A stretch of 64,000 bases of DNA, taken from NCBI GenBank assembly GCA_965112735.1, contig OZ218950.1, positions 5,952,001 through 6,016,000 of the forward strand. Reading direction: 5' to 3'. The position numbers were made by a program, and so were the translations under genes. This document shows positions 48,401-55,853 of this stretch, piece after piece. The notes under the pieces were generated by a model. The model was not told the origin of the DNA. It was given only the letters and a program-made list of their open reading frames with translations, and ran no database searches. Within the stretch, counting starts at the first letter, position 1; each line of letters begins with the position of its first letter. This stretch comes from Phaeosaccion multiseriatum (lineage: Eukaryota; Protista; Ochrophyta, other classes).

Positions 48401-49379
48401 CGAGCCCCTTACTGGCCGGCGGTGGAGGGCGCGCGAGTCGGGAAGGATACCCGTAATCGACAAGGGACATTTAGTGTCACACCTCAAGTCGGGCCGAATC
48501 CAAGTGAGTGAGGGAGGGGGGGGGGAGGGAGGAAGGAAGGAAGGAAGGAAGGAATGGGTGGATGGATGGATGGATGGAGGGAGGGAGGGAGGGAAGGAGG
48601 AATGTAGGTAGGGAGGGAGGGAGAAAGGGAAGGAGGGACTGAGTCCGTGAGCGACTGAGTATGGGCATGCGTGAGTGACTGAGTTAGGGAGTGATGACTT
48701 TTGAGCCCCTCCCCTGTTCCTTCTCTTCTCAGCGAGCGCAGCTCTCAAACTCAAACTCCCATCACACGTTTCGAGATGTCAAACATTCTTGATACCGCCA
48801 CGATGCTTTATCACCAACTGCTACTGCTGTATCGCCAACTGTTGTTCGCTTCCCCCCCGCCAGGTACGGGGTCCTTTGCTAGGCTGCCAGGCGAGTTGTG
48901 GTAGCGGGGGGCGCCTCTCTTTCCTCGGGGAAGCGCCCTCGCCATCATCTGCCATAGCGCGGCCCTTGGGCTCAGCAGCAGGCACCACACCCAACAACGA
49001 CCGCAGTAGAAGAGGCAATTTTATGGGTGGCAGCGTAGTCACAGATGCCGTTGGTAGGTGTGAGATGGAGGCCGACGTCGTGGTGGTGGCCACGGGCTTC
49101 AAGTCGGGCTTCTTAACCTTCCTCTCGCCAGAGCTCTGCCCCCGACAGCAGCAGCAGCAGCAGCAGTTGGTGATCCATCAGCAGACGGGGAGGGGTGGAG
49201 GGGACAAGGCCGAGTCCTCCGTGTCTACATCGGGCTCCGAGTCGGGGTCAGGAAAAGGGTCAGTGCATTGGGTGGGCTTCGACAACGGCCGAGCTCTGCT
49301 GCCGCTGAGACAGGCGGGGATTGAAGCCATGCAAGTGGGCAGGACAATCCTCAGGGACTATGAGGGAGGGAGGGAGTGA
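45437..49379 (+). CDS. Flavin-containing monooxygenase (class B, FMO/YUCCA-like) domain, 7 exons, no own in-frame ATG
   Basis: VVVIGAGSSGLAAA, VVEASSSLGGTW..QYEGLH, DHVVIASG, FAGPVLHSSQ, VCIVGFGNSAVDIATDL, PVIDKG, ADVVVVATGF. Stop at 49377-49379. Confidence 0.85.
47233..47800. repeat. CCCTGCCCATACACCTCTAC minisatellite filling an FMO intron
   Basis: Reverse complement of the unit at 6012 and 10195. It runs right up to the acceptor CCCTGCAG. Confidence 0.93.
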
Positions 49380-49719
49380 GCCTTTGCCTCAGAGAGGGGG
49401 TGTGCGAGCGAGCGAGGGAAGGAGTACAAGCTTAGACCCCGCCCGCACAGCGAAGCAAAGCAAAGCAAGGCGAAGGGAAGGGAAACGGGTAGATGCCCGA
49501 CCTTGATGTCAGTGTGTCGGACGGAAGTTTTCCTTTATCCCATTCTAAGACCAATTTATTTTAGGGGGGGGGGGGAGGGGGGGGGGGGGAGGGCGCGAGT
49601 GGCTGTCAGCGAGCAGGAGGCACGGCCGGGGGAGAAGAAGGGGGCCAAGCAACGCCAGCCAGCCAAGCAGCAACGGGCACTTGGCTCCCCACGCGGCAAA
49701 TCCAATCTTTGAGGGTTGG

Positions 49720-51354
49720 ATCATTAATATATTACACCCTTAAGTGCCATCTATGGTTGTCTAAAAGTAATGTCTCACCGCCCCGGGGAACTTAGCCCTC
49801 GAGGTCGTGTCCCTCTGACTCATCAGTTCTCCCCATTGGAACAAAGTTGATACCAGCCAGGATCCTGTGTCGAACCGATCGTTCGTGTTGGGCCCGCTGG
49901 AGCGCTACGGCTAATCGTCGCCGAATGACGCAAACAGCTCTCGCATAAGCCCTCGTGTCCAGATGTTCGTGCCCCCCAGCCATGTGGGTGGCGAGTGTTT
50001 TAATAAACATCTGAGCAGAAGGACCAAATGCGCCTTGCTGTTCTAGTGCGAAAGGGACAAGGTGGTACCGCGTGGGGTCATAGTGGATGTCCCCACCCTG
50101 GCCTTCCATGCCTACCTGTGGCACCCCATACCTGGTCCGCTTGGTCGCTTCAGCCTTCTTGGCTGCCGCGAGTGCCTCCTTCGATGCCTTGGCCCGGTTG
50201 GTGGTGTTGGTGGCATCTGTGAGCGTGACGTCGATCATGAGGGACTTGTGGCCGTCGCCATATTCATGATCGGACGGAAGCTCAAACATCCTGGGGGGAG
50301 TCACGATGTCCATCTCCATCTGCTTGGCCACGTGGGCGTCACTCCTCACGGCGTTGCTCCCCCCTCTCCCTCGTCGCGGGGTGACCGTTCTTGCCCTCAT
50401 GAAGAAGGGGAAGCCGGTGTTCTGGACGATCCCTCTGCCCAGGCCCTCGCTCTTCAGCAGGGTGACAAGTGCCTTCTGCACAGCGTCGTGTTGGGGTGTG
50501 CTGAGCCCCGTCTTTGTACAAGTGACGATGTGCCCCTCCGTCAGCGCCTTGCCAGGGCACTTATGACAGTCCTTGCTGTAGGTGGGGTCAGAGCCAAGTC
50601 TTCGCCGAATGGCACTCTTGTGCTCGGCGTCCGTAAGGTGGAGTGCTCCCCCTGCCGTCTTGGTCGGCTGAAGGTGGAGCCACGCACCAGCACCTTTCAC
50701 GCTGTGGCTGAGGGCTCTGGCCAGGTACTTCTCCCGTTGGACCTGCTGTGGGATGGCTTGCAATCGTGCCAAGAAGTCCGCCCTCGCCTTCGACGTGAGG
50801 AGCTTGGTATAACGCTTCTGGGCGCCTCGCCGCTCTCCGTGTCGGCTGTGTGGAATGGAGGGTCCTCCCTCGTCCAACATCTTGGTTTCCTGGGTCCGCC
50901 AGCGCGGCCGGCCGTCCTCATCATCGTCATCACCACCGCCTCGTTCCACGTCATGCTCATCCTCAGGGGCTGCGTCACTGCCACCATCTGGGTCGTCGTC
51001 ACGTTCACCCTGTGGGTCGTCCTGGCTCCCCCCCCCTGGGTCTGCCGCGCTATCAGAGGTTGGTCCATCTGCGGTCCCCTGCTGCCCTGCAGCCGCGTCG
51101 CACCCTTCCGCACCCACCCCAGGGTGTATCCCTGCGGCCCCAACAATATCCCCTTCGTCTAAGTCTGCTCCTTCACCCCCAGATTGTGTCTCATCCCCCC
51201 CGGGGGCATCACTCGCAGCCGGTTGGTCCCCTCTGCCACCGACAGGTGTGTGCCCTTCATGCTCTGGGGTGTCGTCTCTCTCCGGGAAGAGCGTGGTGAT
51301 CAGCCATGGCTCTCTCCATCTGTTGTCACTGAGGTGGGAGATGATTGGCGCCGC
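49720..51354 (-). mobile_element. 5'-truncated CRE-like non-LTR retrotransposon (RLE class)
   Basis: Interrupts the conserved TCTTTGAGGGTTGG|TGCACCGCG, with GTTGG duplicated (49715-49719 and 51355-51359). The reading frame is open without an ATG to the 5' boundary. AT-rich 3' end. Confidence 0.88.
49792..51354 (-). CDS. Retrotransposon ORF remnant: linker, CCHC zinc knuckle, restriction-like endonuclease; RT absent
   Basis: GAGAWL..P, AIRRRLG, C-x2-C-x8-H-x3-C (CHKCPGKALTEGHIVTC), QHD, MDIV, IDVT, AEATK..RY, VPFALEQQGAFGPSA. Confidence 0.82.
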   Translation of the reverse strand, partial: AAPIISHLSDNRWREPWLITTLFPERDDTPEHEGHTPVGGRGDQPAASDAPGGDETQSGGEGADLDEGDIVGAAGIHPGVGAEGCDAAAGQQGTADGPTSDSAADPGGGSQDDPQGERDDDPDGGSDAAPEDEHDVERGGGDDDDEDGRPRWRTQETKMLDEGGPSIPHSRHGERRGAQKRYTKLLTSKARADFLARLQAIPQQVQREKYLARALSHSVKGAGAWLHLQPTKTAGGALHLTDAEHKSAIRRRLGSDPTYSKDCHKCPGKALTEGHIVTCTKTGLSTPQHDAVQKALVTLLKSEGLGRGIVQNTGFPFFMRARTVTPRRGRGGSNAVRSDAHVAKQMEMDIVTPPRMFELPSDHEYGDGHKSLMIDVTLTDATNTTNRAKASKEALAAAKKAEATKRTRYGVPQVGMEGQGGDIHYDPTRYHLVPFALEQQGAFGPSAQMFIKTLATHMAGGHEHLDTRAYARAVCVIRRRLAVALQRAQHERSVRHRILAGINFVPMGRTDESEGHDLEG

Positions 51355-51483
51355 GTTGGTGCACCGCGCTGGTTCACAGGTTTCTGGTGATGTCTATTAA
51401 GTCAATAAGACCCCTCGCGACTTGGTTCCTCTCCACTTTCTTTGCTTTATCATTACATCGAGACTCATCATCCTTGGAGAAGC

Positions 51484-53559
51484 ATGAGTGATACCTGCGG
51501 AGCGCGGGCCTTGAGTACTGTGGCCAGCCTTTTCCCGACACTCAAGGCCCTGTGGGGAGTGTGCAAGGAGGTGGACAAGCTCACGTGCCGCACTCTGGTC
51601 CTTAGCGCCGACATGCCTGGTGATGTCAAGAGGCGCATGCTTAGCATGCTGGAGGAGCAGCAGCAGAAAGACGAGGAGAAGCACCATACTGCATCTTCGT
51701 CTTCTTGGTCGGGGACTAGGGCTGCTGTTACTGCAGATCAGGATGCGCTCGAAAGGCGGGGGAAGCGGGCAAAGGGAAGGGCACAGCGCCAGCTGCCCGA
51801 GAGCTCACAGCGCAGAGAGACTAGGCGGGGAAAGGAGAGGCGCTCATTTTGCGTGACCGCCGTGCGTCTCGGCGCCCAGAGTCGACGCGACCCTTCTGCC
51901 CCTGGAAAGGCTGTCGTTGTCAAAGTGTTGTCCATGTTGCCACGGTCGGTGAAGGGTGTGCTCTTCTCTCACACTTTCAATCAGCCTCATATGATCCTGC
52001 CGGGCTCGCTGGAGGAGTTGACATTCGGGAGGGACTTTAACAGACCCATCGCTTTCCCTCCCTCGCTGAGGAAGCTTACTTTCTGCTCGGAATCGGCGTT
52101 CAATCAGCCTGATGTGATCCTGCCGAGCTCGCTGGAGGAGGTGACATTCGGGAGGAACTTTGACAGACCCGTCGCTTTCCCTCCCTCGCTGAGGAAGCTT
52201 ACTTTCTACGGGGGTTCGACGTTCAATCAGCCTGATGCGATCCTGCCGAGCTCGCTGGAGGAGGTGACATTCGGGGAGCGCTTTAACAGACCCATCGCTT
52301 TCCCTCCCTCGCTGAGGAAGCTTACTTTCTGCTCGGAATCGGCGTTCAATCAGCCTGATGTGTTGTTGCCGAGCTCGCTGGAGGAGGTGACATTCGGGGA
52401 GCGCTTTAACAGACCCATCGCTTTCCCTCCCTCGCTGAGGAAGCTTATTTTCCACTGGGATTCGGCGTTCAATCAGCCTGATGTGTTGTTGCCGAGCTCG
52501 CTTGAGGAGGTGACATTCGGGAGGTTCTTTGACAGACCCATCGCTTTCCCTCCCTCGCTGAGGAAGCTTACTTTCTTCTCTACCTCAGTGTTGAATCAGC
52601 CTGATGTGATCCTGCCGAGCTCGCTGGAGAAGGTGACATTCGGGAGGGACTTTGACAGACCCATCGCTTTCCCTCCCTCGCTGAGGAAGCTTACTTTCTA
52701 CTTCAATTCGGCGTTCAATCAGCCTGATGTGATCCTGCCGAGCGCGCTGGAGGAGGTGACATTCGGGAAGGACTTTAACAGACCCATCGCTTTCCCTCCC
52801 TCGCTGAGGAAGCTTACTTTCTCCGATATCTCGCGGTTCAATCAGCCTGACGTGTTGTTGCCGAGCTCGCTGGAGGAGGTGACGTTCGGGCAGTACTTTA
52901 ACAGACCCGTCGCTTTCCCTCCCTCGCTGAGGAAGCTTACTTTCAGCTTGTTTTCGGTGTTCAATCAGTCTGATGTGATCCTGCCGAGCTCGCTGGAGGA
53001 GGTGACATTCGGGAGGGCCTTTGACAGACCCATCGCTTTCCCTCCCTCGCTGAGGAAGCTTAGTTTCTCCTATCCCTCGCAGTTCAATCAGCCTGATGTG
53101 ATCCTGCCGAGCTCGCTGGAGGAGGTGACATTCGGGAGGTACTTTAACAGACCCGTCGCTTTCCCTCCCTCGCTGAGGAAGCTCACTTTCTGCTTGGGTT
53201 CGGCGTTCAATCAGCCTGATGTGATCCTGCCGAGCTCGCTGGACGAGGTGACATTCGGGAAGCGTTTTAACAGACCCGTCGCTTTCCCTCCCTCGCTGAG
53301 GAAGCTTGCTTTCAACTGGAATTCGGCGTTCAATCAGCAGTTGATTCTTCCTTGTGGTGTGGAGGAGGTGGTGATGGGGCCCGGCTTCAAGCAGCCCTTG
53401 CAGCTCCCTGCGTCTCTGCGGAGGCTGACGCTGGGAAAGAGGTACACCTGTCCATTGACGGACCTGCCTGCTGGCCTCCAGTATCTCAAGGTTAGCAGGT
53501 ATCTCCCGCTGCCCGCAGATCTGCCGGAGGGGCTCCGCGTGGAGTACAACTATTCTTGA
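51484..53559 (+). CDS. FNIP-repeat protein D (11 units), intronless
   Basis: ATG at 51484, 691 aa. Shares a run of about seven units with gene C. Confidence 0.93.
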   Translation: MSDTCGARALSTVASLFPTLKALWGVCKEVDKLTCRTLVLSADMPGDVKRRMLSMLEEQQQKDEEKHHTASSSSWSGTRAAVTADQDALERRGKRAKGRAQRQLPESSQRRETRRGKERRSFCVTAVRLGAQSRRDPSAPGKAVVVKVLSMLPRSVKGVLFSHTFNQPHMILPGSLEELTFGRDFNRPIAFPPSLRKLTFCSESAFNQPDVILPSSLEEVTFGRNFDRPVAFPPSLRKLTFYGGSTFNQPDAILPSSLEEVTFGERFNRPIAFPPSLRKLTFCSESAFNQPDVLLPSSLEEVTFGERFNRPIAFPPSLRKLIFHWDSAFNQPDVLLPSSLEEVTFGRFFDRPIAFPPSLRKLTFFSTSVLNQPDVILPSSLEKVTFGRDFDRPIAFPPSLRKLTFYFNSAFNQPDVILPSALEEVTFGKDFNRPIAFPPSLRKLTFSDISRFNQPDVLLPSSLEEVTFGQYFNRPVAFPPSLRKLTFSLFSVFNQSDVILPSSLEEVTFGRAFDRPIAFPPSLRKLSFSYPSQFNQPDVILPSSLEEVTFGRYFNRPVAFPPSLRKLTFCLGSAFNQPDVILPSSLDEVTFGKRFNRPVAFPPSLRKLAFNWNSAFNQQLILPCGVEEVVMGPGFKQPLQLPASLRRLTLGKRYTCPLTDLPAGLQYLKVSRYLPLPADLPEGLRVEYNYS

Positions 53560-54051
53560 CATTGAAGCTCTCCCGTTTTCCCGCGCCTTGCGAAGGAATC
53601 AGAAGCGGGGTAGAGTTGCGAAGGAATCAGACGCCCTCTGCAAGCCAGGAGGAGGAGAGGAGGCCCCATCCAGGTGTGTGCCAAGAGAGGCTGGTGTGCG
53701 GAGTGGCGGGGTCTGTGTAGGTACAGTGTAGGCAGGAGCTTGGGCTTGCACTCGCTCGCTCTGGGCGGTGGTGGTCAGCGGAGTCGGAGTCAGGCCTGCT
53801 GAATGCAACCCCCTTCCTCTGAACTGACTCATTTCGCTGTTGCTCTCCCTGCTTGCCTGCCGGTTAGGTGGGAAGAAAGCGGCCTGTCTGCTACCGGAGA
53901 AGAGGGCAGAAGGGGCCGAGACTCCGAAGAGGAGGAGCGGTAGGCGGAGGAAGTGCCGATCGCTTCGCGAGGAAGGAAGGGGGCAGGGAGGCAGGGAGGA
54001 AGGACAGAGAGGGAGGGAACGACAGTGGGGGGGGGGTTCGGAGTCAGAGCA

Positions 54052-54114
<63 letters not shown>

Positions 54115-54351
54115 ATGATGATATGGCACGCCACTGAGACGGGAGGCAGGCACCGCCGAAGCCTAGGCAATGAGGAGAAGAAGGAGGAGGAGCAGAAGCG
54201 GTAGATGCAGCCCGCTACAGGTATGAGTCCCTGCTCTCGTTGTGTCTCTCTCTCGTCGCCGGCCACTTTTGGCTCAGTTCGCTCACGGCAAACACGCTCG
54301 TTATTGGAATGTCATGATTGGAAACGCTCTCTCCCCCCCGCCTTATTCTAG

Positions 54352-55493
54352 GAACGACTCGCCCTTCTAGTGGAGGAGACGGCGAAGGCCCTAATCGACG
54401 TGTCAAGGCTTGGTGTGGAGCCGCCAGACAAGGTCAGCGGTGTAGACACGCGGGGCTGAGGGCAGGCGGGCGGGCACGGCCAGGTAGAGGTGTATGGGGA
54501 GGGGAGGGCAGGGCAGGGCAGGGTAGAGGTGTATGGGCAGAGCAGGGCAGGGTGGAGGTGTATGGGCAGGGGTAGGGCAGGGTGGAGGTGTAGGGATATG
54601 GGCGGGATGGGGGCGCCGAGGGAGATTTTCGAGCCTTTCTTTTGTTCGATATCCTCTGCCCCACTCAAACCCACCTACCCTTCTGCCCCACCCCAACCCA
54701 CCCACCCACCCACCCATTGACATACTTCACCCACCCACCCACCCACCCCCCTTGCCTCAGATGGAGATCCTTGCCCAGCGGGAGAAGCTGCTGAGGCAGT
54801 GCGACGGTTTCAAGACGCACGCCGCCCACCTGGAGCAGTTCTTCAACCCACACATGCCCCCCAGTGACGGTGCGTGGCGGGTTGCTGTGCTTCTTTTCTC
54901 TGTTTGGCGCGTTGGTTCGGTGATTAGTTCATTGATTTGAGTCTCCAGCGTCTGTCCCTGCTGGATCGGCAGGAGGGGGTCGCCACCCCTCACGCCGTCT
55001 TTGGCATAGTTGGGAGGATGGGAGGGCAGCAGAGGGGAGAGCTCCGTCTCGGTTTGAGTTTCCGCTTTCTCGTCCTTGACAGCCCTCTCTTGAAGCTGGG
55101 GAGGGGGAGTGCTTCCTGAGGTTCGGTGAAGCGCGACGTGAGAAGGCGTAGAAGTTTTTTTCGTTTGTCGGTTCATGCCTTACTTCCCTGCTGCTATCCT
55201 GTATATTCTTCTAACAAATCCCCCCCTCCCCTCCCCTCCCCTCTTTGGGTGTTGCGTGAAAATGAACCCCTTTCCACAATTCCCTCCTCCCTCCAAACCC
55301 AAAAGACTGTGTGGGCAACGTAGACGGGCTGCTGGAGACCCTGTCCAGAGGGCCGGCCATCCCCCTGTCTGGACAGGAGCAGTCCATGGAGCGGTGGGGC
55401 TTGGGCGTCATTGACCATCTGCGGGGAGCGGCAAGGATCGAGGAGGAGCAGGGCGGAGTAGGGATTGTATGTCACATGCAGCAAATCCAGTGA
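54352..55493 (+). pseudogene. Orphan copy of PX gene exons 4-6
   Basis: Near-identical to 10070-11333, 44 kb from PX exons 1-3. Confidence 0.8.
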
Positions 55494-55853
55494 GTGAGTG
55501 AGTGAGTGAGTGAGTGGCCAGGGGGAGCGAGCGAACGAGCAACTTTAGGCGTCGGTCCAGTTTTGATTGTGCTCTTCTTCATTAAAATACATTTGATCTC
55601 TCATTTGCTTCCGGGGGCTCAGGCGTGAGAGTAAGAGAGCAGGAGGCGGGGGGGAGAAGAAGGGGGCCAACGCCAAGCAGCAACGCGCACTTGGCCCCCC
55701 ACGCGGGAAATCCAATCTTTGAGGGTTGGTGCACCGCGCTGGTTCACAGGTTTCTGGTGATGTCTATTAAGTCAATAAGACCCCTCGCGACTTGGTTCCT
55801 CTCCACTTTCTTTGCTTTATCATTACATCGAGACTCATCATCCTTGGAGAAGC

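Noticed and set aside
49711-51365. Link between the retroelement target (GTTGGTG) and the CAGTTGGTGATACAG motif
   Set aside because: Only a 7-bp overlap at one site, and none of the ~18 motif copies carries an insertion. Insufficient support.
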